Below, piece by piece: positions 1 to 13,520 of a stretch of 64,000 bases of DNA. The translations under genes and the position numbers were made by a program. How positions within the stretch are numbered: the first letter of the stretch is position 1; each line of letters opens with the position of its first letter. This DNA comes from a virus, in the IMG/VR virus record IMGVR_UViG_3300045988_056936, positions 1-64,000 of that record; one strand, given 5' to 3'. Below the pieces are notes generated by a model. It did no database searches. It worked only from the letters and a program-made list of their open reading frames with translations, and was not told where the DNA came from.

Positions 1-112
1 AATTAACCTACTAACACCCTTCATTCAACACTACGTTATCTTTTGCCTAGAGGCAAGGATATTACTTAGCAAACTAAAAAAAAATAATAAAATGTTTCTA
101 AATATATAATAA

Positions 113-209
113 CTCGACATTGGAATTGGCATTGCTGACGTCATTGTTAGAATTGAAATAGCTGAGACCCGCATTGCCGCCATTATTCGCGTTGCTGCCT
201 ACTAGCAGT
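113..209 (-). repeat. DGR template repeat (TR). Non-coding copy rich in AAC/AAT codons, lying 75 bp past the tail-fibre stop codon
   Basis: About 97 nt homologous to 314-410 and to 28271-28367. I aligned base by base: about 22 mismatches to VR1 and about 20 to VR2, all at positions where this copy has A on the minus strand (T on plus), none at other bases. Read as peptide it gives ...GSNANNGGNAGLSYFNSNNDVSNANSIVGFR, the AAY-codon pattern typical of DGR templates. Confidence 0.85.
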
Positions 210-283
210 ACTTTTTTGCCAATCAACGGTTTTTAGAAGTAATATCCTACGATTTATCATCTAAATCGATTTTTATATTGTAT

Positions 284-3200
284 ATCTTAAGATACTCTAT
301 TCAGAGTCCTGAACCCGACAATGGAATCGGCACCGCCGACGTCATAGCTAGAATGGAAATAGCCGAGACCCGCATAGCCGCCATTACCCGCGCTGCCGCC
401 CACCAGCAGCGTGCGAAGCGCTGTGCTTCTTGCGTTGCAGTAATGGTAATCGCAAATATAAGTAGTAGCACTTCCTCCAACAGCGGATGGAATTATTTCA
501 GCGGTTTCACCTAAGTCAAATGCCTTAATATAACCATCAGATGCTACTTCGTATCCTGCAACGGTTTTCTCTCCAACTACGTCGGTAAATTCCGATACGT
601 TAGTAGTTGTATAGACAGTGCTAATCTCATTAGCAGCTGCTCTCACTATAACTACTCCGTCCAGGTTAGTCCAAATATCTCCAAATGGATTATCAAAACC
701 TCTCCATCTTGGAACTTTAAATGTCTTAGTCGCTACTGTATCTGTTCCGTTTGTTGCAGTACACTCTGGAATAACTAAATCTTTGATTCCAGTAAAGTTA
801 CCAATATCGTTACAGTAACCACATGGAGTAAGAGGATAGGTTCCATTATATCCAGACCAACTTGTAGCAGAGTTACTCCAGTCTGTAACTCCAGGACCAA
901 GTCCTCCTTGACGATAACCATCAGAAGTAAGCTCGGCATTATATGCAGCCTGAGAGTTAAAGTTAGCATATTCTATTACATAGTTCCAGTAGAATATCCA
1001 TTTATAATATTCATAGCATAATAATTCAGAACCTGCATTTGTAGCATAAGTTCTCATATTAGCTCTAGAAACATTAGTTCTAGGTTTTCCTAAATCGCTT
1101 CTAAAAGCATCTTTGGTCTCAAGTTCAGTAGTTAGATACCCATCGAATTGTGCTCTATTTCCACCACCTCTAAATGCTTCTGTAGTATTGACCACAGACA
1201 CAGCTTTAGGGGTTGCTGACACAGTATTATCAACGGTATTTCTATATGCGTCAATTAATAGTTCTGGTATTTCTATCCATGAATCATCAAGCTTTACTAG
1301 AGAAATTCTAACCCATCTTTTATTTCCATTAGAGCCTGATTTACCATAAAATTTAGGAGTGTGGACTCTTACAGTTCCATCAGTTCCATCGAGCACAGAA
1401 GGAGTACTTCCATCTTCTTTGTAAGCCCAATCATCCGGATATAAATAGTAATTTACCACACCGTTATTTGCTACACATCCTCTGTAAGCGGACTAGATAG
1501 GGAGGGATTTATGTAATAGTGGGTTTCCTATTCTAGTAAGGATAGGAGAAGATACGGTAATATCCCATTCTACTCCATAAGAGTATAAGTCTACGTTACT
1601 GCTTAACTCTGTGACTTGTTTGCTTAGACTCTATTGTTTTTTTTGTAATTCTTCCCAAGCAGTATTAAGAGCATTAAATTGTTTCTCTAACTTAGTACTA
1701 GTATCTGCCCACTATGCAGTCCCATCTTCAGAAAAGGTTAAAATCTATCCAAGTGCTCCTCCAGCAGGTATGTGTTTATTTCCAGAAGTAGTTGGGTGTA
1801 CATAATTATTTGCATTATCTGCAATACCACTAAGTTTCTGTTTTTCAGTTTCTGTGTAATTAGCTTCAGAAAGTCCTTTTCCTAATTCTTTATCTACCTT
1901 ACTTTCCAACTCCGTTTTAGTAGCTAAACCGCTTATATCCTAGTGTTCCTTTAAATAATTTTCATCATTCTATAACTAAGACACTTTAGTTGGAATGGCA
2001 CTAGATTTTGCATATGTCTAATCTATAACATTTCCAGAGCCATCATAGGTAGCCTTTAAGTCATATACGGTTTCTCCAACCTTTATAGATTTGATTGCTG
2101 CCATATCATTGTATTATTAAAGTTTCATCAACTACATCGTGATCTATTCCCTCTATGGAAGCAGTTAGGTCCTCAACAGCCTTCTACAATTCTGCTTTAG
2201 TAGCATAGTTCTTGAGAACTTCCTAGTCTACTCCAGAGCCTCCTCCTATACTTCCTCCAACAACTTTTACTGGTTTGGCAGAACTCTTAAACTGTCCTTC
2301 AATATAAATTGTTCCCATATTGTTTAAAATATTAATTGTTCATTTTCTCCATCTACCTCTACACTAGAACCTGGCTATAAAGCGTCTATCTTTTTCTACA
2401 ATTCGGCTACGGCCTAGCTAATTAGTTCTTCTACCTCAGCTTTGGTGTAGTATCTCTCTATAAGATATTCGCTCCTAACATATCCAGTATCTTGTAAATC
2501 TTTTTCTCCATAGGTGCAATAATAAGTATCTTCTTCAGTCTTACTATTCTCAACTAGGTCATCATAATCAGCTTGTGGTAAGCATACAAGTTTTGGTACT
2601 TCTTCAGTAATAGCAACTTGCTTGCCTCCAGCAAATAGCCTGTTATCTTCTGTGGTAAGTTTAACAGAACTCTCAATAACTTGCTCAGTTCCTGTTTCCT
2701 CAAAAGGTTCTCCAGTTGTTCCCTATTGTACTTCTTTTTCTCCAATTTTCTAAATAGTAATATCAGAAGTTTCTACTGATGTAGATTTCAAAAGCTCAGT
2801 GCTAAATTCTTTAGCAGCAGCAGCCTAATCATCCTGATATTTTTTCTAGGTAACAAATATGAAATCATCATCTCCGGTTTCAGGAGAGTCTCCCCTTAAA
2901 CTTTCTTTTGTTACGTAATCTTCGGCTATCTAATCTGATAAATCAGATAATGACTATTGAGTAGCATAAGTAGACTGAGCATTTTCCTTAGTAAGAAATT
3001 TGTCATCAACCTGCTAAATAGTATAATAAGCCTTAATATCTTCTGTAGTAACGTAGTTTCCAAGTTTTTGCAAACCTTGAACTATTTCATCAATCTACTT
3101 CTTGGAGTAATAATTTGTAGCAACCCAGGACTGATATTGATTGGTAGTATGATAATTCTAATCCAAATATTCCTTAGTAATATAAACCTTTGCATCATTT

Positions 3201-5778
3201 GTGACGTCATATACATAGTAATATGTATCAGGCTCTACCGTCCCTTCCTCTACTAACTTTAGATACTCTTCTTCAGTTAATGTTACTAAGTTCGGAATAT
3301 CCGATTCAGTAGCAATCTAATCTTCACCTATAAATAATCCTTCAGACCTAACGTCTACTACTAGCTAGCTCTCTCCCTCTACTACAGGAGATTTTATCTA
3401 TCCAACAGTGATGCTTTCTAAGGAACCATTCCCATCTACCTTTAAAGTCTTATCTAGCTCATCTTGAATAGCCTATTGGTCTTCGTCATACTATTTCTTT
3501 GTAACAAAGACAAAATCATCTCCTTCCATTCCTTCTCCTCTAAGACTTTCTTTGGTAACAAATATGTCATCAGTTTCTTCCTTAGTATAATGGTTAGATA
3601 AGGCTTTAGATAACAAGGACTCTGGGTCCTCTAAATCTAGATCAGTTTTAGGGGCATAATTCTCAGTTAACTCTTCAAGGGTAGCATACTTGGAAAGGTT
3701 AGAGATTGTCTAGTCTAAATCCGTTCTAATCTGTACGACAGTAGTATTTAGAGCTTTCTATTTCAACTATTCCTCTATCTTTTTACCCCATTCTGCTGAT
3801 AAGTAAAACTAATCATCATCTAGGCTGTCTTCATATATATAATAATATGTTTCTGCATGAAGATATGTTTTATCTTCGTCTATAGGTTTAAAATCTTCTG
3901 TGGTATTTTTAGACCATTCCTTATATTCAGCCTCTGTACAGGTGATTATCTAAATAGATTCATAAGAAGCTTTCCAACCTTCTTTGTATTTAATCTTAGA
4001 CTTATCTACTAGCATATAAATATTTCCGTTATCTATATTTGAAACGGTCATGCCTTGATAAGCATATTTCTCCGGAATAGAATATAATTCGTCTAAATTA
4101 TCGACTACTGTTCTATTATCAAGAGGTTTAGGAGTTTCTACGGTTAAAGCAACACCTAATGTAGCATCACCTGTATATTTAAATGCCATTATTGTGATAA
4201 AGTAAAGTTAATTTGATGAGGCAATGCTGAAGAATAAGTATCCTTCTTAGTCCATACTTTATAAGGAAATCCATTTATCTATTCAGTAGAAGTTTCCCAT
4301 CCACTTAAATCAACATTTAGGTATCCTAGTCCTCCATCTACTGTAAATGAATTTAGCTAAGTATTACTTCCAGGTAATTTTATAATAGCCTTTCCACTTA
4401 ATGAAAATGTAATAATTCCAGAAGATTGTCCAAATGGAACAAGACTCTATTTGATTAAACTATCTGTATTACCAGAATACCAAGGGTAGGTAGCAGTCAC
4501 CTATGCTGTAGTTGATATTGAACCAGCCTCCACCCTCTTGTCTGTAACCTCTCCCTTGTTGTTAATAAGATATTCTCCAGCAGCATAATTTACGGTACCA
4601 GAATGCACATAAACACCGATAGAATCATATGTTTCAGATTCTACAGGAGAATCATTATAGGTAATAGTTTCTTCTCTACCAGTTTCCTCTCCAGCATCAT
4701 TTTTTATAAATGTTAAAGTAGGGGTAAGTAAAGCGGATCCTACCTCCACAATCTAAGAGGTGAAGCTATAATACAACTAAGGATAAACCAAATCTCTAAC
4801 AACAGTAGGAAATAATAGAGTGTCTATAATCTCATTAAACGGCTTTCCTTTCAATTTTTCAACTGTAGTTCCTTGAATAACAGTAGAAGTAGTATCATCT
4901 GGAAGTTCAGTTTGATAAGTAGCTATAGTTTCTAAACTTGTCTATATATTTGTGATATTCTCAGTATTAGAATCTACTTTAGAATCAGTGTTCTTCTAAG
5001 CTTCCTATACTCCCTTAACTTCTTCCTTTACCTCTGTTAGAGATGGTTCCAGGTCTTTTACATATATTCCAGGTAGAACTACTGTGGAAGGTTCTCCTTC
5101 CTCCTCTACTGGAGGAATTTCCTACTGAATCAGATGTATTGCATTATCCTCCTACTAAGATAGAATTACTTCTAGAGTATTATCATCCTTTATTTCTATG
5201 GTTTTGGAGTTTCTTAGACTATTAGTTATCCAATTCTAGATGTTTTTGTCAACATCTATATTTTTGATAGACTCATTAATATCCTCTATTGCCTCATTAA
5301 TCTAGGTTATTTTCTCAGAAAGATTGTTTATGCCAGTTCTGTTAGATTCAATTTCTTCTTCAAGTTCTTCCTTAAGTACAGTAATAGAAGTTCTGATATT
5401 ACTTATATCAACTTTTATTTCCTCTATTTCTTCTGTATTAGCTTCGTACTAACTTATAAAGAATAAAGCATAATCTAAGGCATCTTTTACAGTATTGATA
5501 TTCTCTGCAACATCACTAGTATAAGTCCATTTCTATTCTATGTACTATACTAAATCTTTCTAGGCTTCTATAGTTCCTTCTATATTTCCCCAAAGAAGAC
5601 TCTACTCATCAGCGATACCTAGATTCTTTCTAACCTTAGCTCTTTCTAATTCAGTTCTATATTCTCCAAGATAGTTGTTTCTTAGGAGAGGTATAGGTTC
5701 ACTTTTTATTAAATGTCCTTTCTTTCCACAAGGCTTTATATCAGCATTGCTTACCGAAGTATAAATAGGCTGTATCAT
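284..5778 (-). CDS. Tail fibre / receptor-binding protein, possibly more than one gene, TAG-recoded, with the DGR variable region at the C-terminus. The 5' boundary is uncertain (candidate ATG at 5776-5778)
   Basis: ORF-track fragment 287..1459. My manual translation upstream continues in frame through TAG codons at 1493, 1631, 1712 and 1745 with no TAA or TGA. It yields ...YTETEKQKLSGIADNANNYVHPTTSGNKHIPAGGALG(Q)ILTF..., a phage tail-fibre-like motif. The C-terminus carries VR1. Confidence 0.45.
314..410 (-). repeat. DGR variable repeat VR1 at the extreme 3' end of the tail-fibre gene. GC-rich island
   Basis: Differs from TR only at TR adenines. Encodes ...LVGGSAGNGGYAGLGYFHSSYDVGGADSIVGFRTLN, then RVS and a TAA stop at 284-286. 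Its GC content stands out in an AT-rich genome. Confidence 0.85.
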
Positions 5779-5779
5779 T

Positions 5780-8700
5780 ATGATTCAATAATTGCTATTT
5801 AATAAATTCGTGATTATCTAATTTTACGGGTAGGTTAATAAAACAAATTAGATTCAAAATATCCTAATAATCTGGTCTATATCCCTTTCTAACCCTTTTA
5901 AGGAAATCCTCATACCTTTTAATAGCCTTTCTTTTAAGAGCATCCACAACCTATACGTTTATGTTCATGGTGATTGTCACAGAATCCACCGCAAGTGCGG
6001 AACATTGCTAACAATCTTTCAGCTTCCATGAATTGTTTAAAGCCTATTAAATAATCTATAATGTTAAGTGTCATCCAGATAAAATCTCTTGCAAATATAT
6101 CTGCATCATGTTCTCTAGTTAGACACTTATTTAATAAAGAGTCAAAGAGTTTCTTACAGTAGTTAATATAACACTATTGCAGATTTCCTGTAAAGAATAC
6201 ATCTACCTTACATTTTTTGATAGTAGTTCCTTCTATATTTCTCTCAAGGATTTCTTTTACAGTACATTCCTCTAGCTCTCCATCTACTTCTTTATATAGT
6301 TTCTCTCCATCAGTTATATAGATAGTTTCATAATACTCCTTGTATTCATCAGATGAATTTTCATACCATTTCATATTAGGAAGAATTATGTGGTCTACTA
6401 CATAATATCCATCTTCTTTCACCTTAAATGTACAAGAGTCTAAATCCTCTGTATGGTCATTGAGAAGTACGTCTATCAAAGTAGCATCTCCTATACTAAC
6501 TTTTATGATAGTATTTAGGGTAGCACTTTCACTATACTTATAAGAATCATAGGAAGTTACTACCTCTAAATCTTCATCAATATACTATCCATATTCCTTT
6601 GAAAAGTCTTCAATAGTTATTTCCCCGTTAATCTGGGTATGTATATCAATACTAAATTCCATATTATAATAATTAAGACTCAGTAGTAGGCCATTGACCA
6701 TATTGAGCAGGAGTAGAAAATGGTTTCCACTTACCTTCTTGTCGTATACGTCTAGACATAAAAACTGAACTAAATGATAAACTAATATCTTGAGGATAGT
6801 CTGTCCATGTATATGACTAACCTTCAGGAGTCGGTGGTAGACTATTTAATTTACCAGCTGGTTTCCCATTCCAATAATAATTATAGTCATATGCCTTAGT
6901 TGGAGTAACAGTCGTTGTTTCATGTCCTTCTAAATCTACATATAGAGGATTTCCATCCTCATCTGTTTTCTGCTTATACTCAATAACTGGAGTTATTCCC
7001 TCAGTTCTAGTGTATATATTCTAGATAATAGTAGAAACATCGCTTGCCACAATCTCATAAATAGTAGTTCCCTGAGATTCGTCAGCTCCCTAGAAAGTAA
7101 ATTTAGTTCTTTTCCAGATGTATGGATTCTCTTCAGTTGGAAGTTCAAAAGTATCAGTCCACTATTTAGTAGATAATTTTATCTCAGATTCTTCAGCAGT
7201 ATCAGCAGGTAAGTAATGAATCTTAATAATAATATTATTTACCGCTTCACTAGAACCAGAAAGATCTGACACCTATTTAAATAGTTTCTTTAAATCTTCT
7301 TCCACATTTGATTTGGAACCAGAAGCATTACTAATAATTACTGAACCATCTGAAATAGGATAAATCTATTGCTAATCCTTATTATATACAATTGTTCCAG
7401 TTGCCATATTAATGTATTTGTCTTATTTTGTCATTATATGGATTTCCATCATGAAGCTAAGCTAACTCTATTTCAGTTCTCTTTTCTTCTATATCCATTT
7501 GTCTATCTTTATATGTAGAATCAGATTGAGCTTTGAGCCAGTTAACTTTATATTCTAACTACATTTTCTGCTACTCTAATCCTAATCTCTATTCATCCAA
7601 ACTTTCTATCTTCTACTAAGCTTTCTATAGTTCTTGCTGTAACTGCTGTGCCTATTGTGAAGTTTCTTCCAGTTTTTCCTATAGCTGCTATAGCTAATTG
7701 TTTTCTTCTTTACGAATCTATACTGCTTTCTTAACCTTATATTTAAGGTCTGTAAGACTCTTAGCAGTTAGTGCTTCAAATATGATGTCAGGATCCATTT
7801 GCTGACTTTTAACAAACTCTGGAATAATAGCTTTAATAGTTTGTAAATCTTCCATTACTTCAGAGCTAGAAGTTATATGGATGTCATAATCAGTAACCGT
7901 AAAATACTCTGGAAGCGCTGTAAATATCTGCTAGTATTTATCTCCAAGTATAATAGTACCAGTCAATCCTTTCTTATATGTTATTTTAGCCTAGTTTAGA
8001 CTATCCAATAATATCTCACAAGTGATTAGGTCCATCTACTAGAAATAATGCTTGGTTACTATGTAAGAGTTAGTAACACCTTGCTTAATATTAGTTACAG
8101 CATCGTGAGTTTCTATTCCATTTAATCTTTCTCTAAATACTCCAGTTATAGATGATGTAGTTTGTTCTACTGATTGAATTGCTAATTCAATAGCCTATAC
8201 AGCCTAAGCTTTTAAGGTATCATCAAATCCATTGTATATCTAGTTAGGTGCTTGCGCTCCATCATTTCTTCCCTCCTAAGTGGAATCAATCCACATGATA
8301 CCACCCTTCTTGTATGCTAACCATTTCTACACTCTTTCTGGCCATTTTACGCCTAGGTTAGTAGGAAGCAATGACATATCCATGATTACTCCAGCAGTAC
8401 CGCTGTTAGCTATCAGGTTGTCCCTATAATAATTTAACAAGTCATATCTATCCTGTAGATGTGCACACTTTAATATCAGAGAGTACGGTTGTTGGGAACG
8501 ATTTAAGAAATATACCCCATTCACAGACAAAGAGCAGAAATTAGGATTATCTTTCGACCTCATAACAGTCTTGTCTAGACCTCTCAGAATATATATTTCT
8601 TCTCCAATTCTAATGGTATTGTATCTCTACATTACAAAATCGTCATCAGTTTCTATCCACTCTACATCATAAACAGGAATTAACTAAAATCTATGAGCAC

Positions 8701-9480
8701 TATATTCATTATCTGGATATCCAGGAATAGTTTCATGATTCTAATCTTCGTTTACTATAGTACAAGTGTCACCATAAACTCTTCTATAAACTGCAGCTGA
8801 ATCATCAGCTCTCCATTCATCTTTTAGTCTTTTCAAATCTTCTCTAGAGATTTCTTTTCCGTATTTAGCTAATATCTAGCTTTTACTCATCCATTTTCTA
8901 ACCACAACTCTATACGAATTTCTAACATATGGAGATTCTGGATTCCTATCTACGAAAGTATTTAAAGGATTCAGAACTTCTATTTCTATGTTAGTTCCAG
9001 AAGATGATGATTTTACTCTGAAAAATGTATAGCCAGTAATTAATAAATCTGTAAGTAACTATCGGAGTTTAGTTATTAAATCGGTTTCTCTAGACTGCAT
9101 AATATAATGAATAATATTCTATGCAGCTATCTCATATTGAGAAATAAAAGACTAATCAATGTCTTGAATAATTTTATCTAACTAAGTCTTCACGGCTTTA
9201 TCTGTAATATCTTTTCCGTCGATAAATTTCAGAATAGAATTACTTAAATGGTCTCTAAGAAATTTAACTATTCCTTTAGTTATTTCTAACTATTTTTCTC
9301 TAGTGATATTACTAATGGTATCTGAATCCTTACAAGAAATCTTCGGAAGGATAGGGGTTCCTAGATATTCTCCTACTAGAGCATCTACATGCTTTTTTAG
9401 TAATGGTGTAAATTCTACAGAAGTAGGACTACCTATTCCGAAGTTTTCTTCCAGGTAACGAAACTATTCTGGGTCTCTCT
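5780..9480 (-). CDS. Block of TAG-recoded virion/morphogenesis genes, not individually delimited. The ORF track is fragmented here because amber codons are sense codons
   Basis: All six frames lack long ORFs although the region is clearly coding: codon-like composition, minus-strand ORF fragments 6174..6479 and 8327..8563, and frequent CTA triplets on plus, which are TAG on minus. Confidence 0.3.
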
Positions 9481-9777
9481 TTCCGTTATAGTAATTATAG
9501 GCTTTCTATAATTCGTATTTATCATATACAAGCTCCGCAATAGCCTCGTTCGTCTTGTCTATCAGTTCTTTTTCTTTCATAACATAAATTATGCTGTTCT
9601 GGAGGAAGTTTAGTTGCATTATAGTATTTAACTCTTTGTAACTTCCTACTTCTTAATTCTTCCTTTATAAATGGGAGAAATTCTTCATCAGGTAAATCAG
9701 CTATAATGACTAAAGGCATCTCTGACCTATCAAAGTTAAACGATACCTTATAACCAACTGGATCTAGGTTCTGAATT

Positions 9778-12138
9778 TCAAGCCCACCTACGTATTCCAT
9801 TTTGTACAAGTCTCTCATATAACCTAGGATCACTTGTTTCAATTCTGTATGGGTCATCGTATTCATTTTTTTGTATGTTAGTTTCAAAAGTCTTAGAAGT
9901 TGGTATAACCCCAAATCTTTTGATTCCTCTCTCGTCGTAATAATAACCATAATCTTGGAATTGTTCAACTTCTTTTTCAACAAGCACTGGCTATCTTCCT
10001 GACAATTCCTAGTCTGCCAATTCTGTCATTCCCACAGCTGCTACAATATCGAATTTACCTTTATTCTCATCATTATATCCAGTAAATTGGTCTAACATTT
10101 CTTCAAACCATATAGTATGACAGAAATCCTCAATAAAGGCTGCTGTCAAATCAGTATGTTGTTCTATAATAGTTTTGGTAGCGGGTGTTCCGTACTATTT
10201 AGTAGTTCCATTCTTGACGTCTGTTAGAGTAGCTCTAGGTCTTTTCATAAAGTAGTTTAAACAACCCTTTTCTCTAGCCCAGGTAATCATACCTACACGG
10301 GTAGCTTCTATGTTTATTCTACAATTATAGTATCTAGCTAAACACATAGCTATTTTATAGGCTTCTCTAATGTCATTAGGTCTGTCTTTATACATAGCAA
10401 CATACTACGGTTCGTTTAGACCAAATGCTCTTCTTTTTATAGTTATACAGAAATCAGAAGGATCTCTTGTTTCTTTTGAAGTTTGACTAGCTCCTATATC
10501 AATACCGTCTATTCCTGCAACATATAAATCATGCATTTCTTTGTACGCTGGAGATTCAAATTCTTCTCCCCTTTCCTCGGCTTCCTATCTAAGTTTATCC
10601 ATCTACTCTTTATACAAATCAGACCATACAGGATGTTCAAGTATTTTTACTTTTCCGTTAATATTAGGAATCCATTTAAAACCATCTATATTATCCTAGG
10701 TGTGTTTATTATTTTTATAGAAATAGTCTATGTATCCAGATTCTGGTCTTGGTCCTATTTTCTTAAGTCTTATATTAGCTAACTGGTCCGCAATAAGAAT
10801 CTTGTTGAACTTGTTAACACCTTCAAGATTAAATGCTTCTTCTGCATTCCAACATCGTTCAGCACACTTCTTTAGATAGTCATCTGGAACTGCTAATAAA
10901 TTGTCGCGCTCTTCCTATAGATACTTCTTATATTCTACTGTATTACATACACCTCTATGGTCCATGTATTCTGAATTTAGAGACTAGACAAAATATGGAA
11001 TGAAGAACCCACTTTCAATAGTAGTCCCATCCTGGGTATAATTATGTCTAAATGGAAGAACTTTGTAAGCTTTTGGATTATAATATATCTTCTTAAGACC
11101 TGCTAATGGAGCGCCCATATCACCACCAGTACCTCCAAATAACATTGTTCCACGAGGTTTACCTTGAACTTCACAAAGCTCTTGTCCCTACACTACAGCA
11201 GTATCTAGTCCAGGCCAAGATCCTGCTTCATCATATATTAATAAGTCAACACGGTCTCCACGAATATTAGATGCCTTAGCTCCGTTTATTCCAACTACTT
11301 CCGATTTAAATCCAACATCCTCAAACTGTCCGTTTACCTTAATCTGTTTACCGGACTTCTTTCTTAAGTCTTGGTCAATCAAACGTAGTTTGAAGAATCC
11401 TCCTCCTGTACAAGTATTCAAGAATGTTAAAGCATTATCAAACTTACTAAAAGTACCTTTAAGGAAGGTATCATTAAAACAGGTAATCATTACTCTGCTT
11501 CTTCTGATTACTGAATACATTCTTGCAGATAAGGATGCATTTATTTCAGAGAATCCAATAGAACGAGCTTTCATAAGAGCTGCGTGTTTATGCAGAACTC
11601 TAGCCATCTATAGATAATGAAAGAACATATAATGAGATGCGAAAAATATAGGAAAGTCACTACTTGTTCCTTCTCCAGATGCCTTGTTATCATCAATAAT
11701 AGGAAGCTAGTAGAAGTTTAGGAAGAAATAGTTATCTCCAGTAATTGTATAACCATTAACAGTCATTCCATATTTACATCTTCTATACTATTCCTTCCAA
11801 AACTCATTATATCTCTTACTATCTTTTAGATATGGACAATACTTTCCAGTTTTTCTATATACTTCTCTGGTCTCAGTAAACCAATCTGGGTCGAAATCAA
11901 GACCATGTGTTTCATCTATTGGTCTATATCCAGTTATTTCATAAGATAAAGTAGGGTCAAATACCTCTATCTTATCTCCTCTTTTTACATCCCAATAATC
12001 AGCATTTTTGCCTCTTTCCTCTCTTATCTTCTATACTAGTTCTCTAGCTTCTTTGGCATCCTCTTTTTGTTCTTTCTCTCTTACCTAATCTACTATATTC
12101 TAGATTTCTTCAGGTAATATTTTTTTCTTTCTAGGCAT
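9778..12138 (-). CDS. terL: Terminase large subunit (TAG-recoded)
   Basis: ORF fragments 11188..11607 (..LIYDEAG.. Walker-B-like terminase ATPase motif), 10195..10395 and 9778..9987 share one frame. ATG at 12138-12136 and TGA at 9778-9780. In-frame TAGs link the fragments. Confidence 0.55.
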
Positions 12139-13520
12139 AATTAAAAGTCTCCTGGGTCAAAGCCGTCTGTAGCTCCACCTCTTACAGTAGATTGTTCTGT
12201 AAGCTCTTTCTTAACCTGCTCTTCTAGTGTTACTAATTCTTCATGAACTTTATGAAGAGTAGCCATTTCTTTCATTACCTTTTCAGCTTGAAAGACGGGT
12301 TTGCCATTATTATCACGTTCATTTAAATCTACTATAGTATCAAAATAATCAATAAACTAGTCAGCTGCTCTTTTAGCTGCTTCTAGAAGTTTTATTGATT
12401 TGTTAGAATCCTACAATGCTCGGTATTTTCTACAGGCTTCCCTGAATAACGGGTCATTAAATTCGGATTCAGATAGTCCAGAGTCACTAATAGCTTCATC
12501 ATGTCTTTCATGTTCTGAATATTGGCTATAGGGACTCTTCCAATCAATAGCTAGATAAATGTAAGATAATTCTCTAGTTACTCGTTCCTTGTCAACAGAT
12601 TTATCCCTCTGTATCAAAGCCTTAAACTCTTTAACTAGAAGAAGCTCTGGTTCATTTATTTCTAACTATTTAGTTAAAGTGTTATAATTAAATACATTCA
12701 TACTCATCAATCATTAACATTAACATCTTTAATCTTTTTATTTCATTTTAGAACCGCATTTACTTACTTTCATTTTAGAACCACAAGCATCTTTCTTAGC
12801 ATACTTTGTTCTATCTGGAACCCATTTTCCATTTTTAAAGTTTCCCTTGTGTCCTCTATTTGCCATGACCTCCTAGTCATTATATTTATTAATAGATACA
12901 GAATCTCTGGATGCTTCATCCTTTGCAGATTTCATATCCTTTTTATACTAAGCTCTTCCAGCCTTGAACTTGTCAACTTCATTAGCTTTCTTAGTAACCT
13001 TAGTTCCTTTCTATGCTTTTTGGCAAGCTTTGCAGATTCTTCCTCCCTGTTTAAAATAAACAAGTTCCTCTCCTTCTGGGCATACTCCTTTTAATTTTTT
13101 ATAGTATTCTAGTTTAGCTCCAAGTCTAGCCATAACTCCGCCTTGCATCTTCTACATAAATTCTTGATACTTGGCTTTGATTCCATCTTCTCCAAGCTAC
13201 TCAGCGTAAGCCTATAAATCTTGCTCTGATTGTAGTTGTATCCCTTGTGCTTGGGCATCTTGTATCAAGTATGCCATGAATGCTTTCTGTAATTCTTCCT
13301 AATTAGCCATTACTCTTCTACTTTAATTAAATCCTTTGTATTAAATACTGCTTCCTGCATTAATCCAGAATCAGTAAACCATCTACATCTTAGTCCTCGT
13401 AATCCTTGGTTATCTTTAAATAAAGCTGCTTCTCTTCTTAGAACAAGCATAACTGGAGAGTGCATTACTTTACACTACCGTAAAGTAACACAATCCCCAG
13501 GCTTAAAATAAACTTTTTCA

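Noticed and set aside
300-420. GC-rich islands (300-420 and 28255-28375) that at first suggested foreign insertions or horizontally acquired fragments
   Set aside because: They are the DGR variable repeats. Their GC-richness comes from A->N replacement relative to the AT-rich template.
1500-9500. Plus-strand ORFs from the track inside the late block (e.g. 1611..1805, 2957..3256, 5043..5225)
   Set aside because: They are antisense to a region that reads as continuous minus-strand coding sequence once TAG is treated as sense. They have low-complexity, Leu/Ile/Phe-rich translations typical of antisense AT-rich frames.
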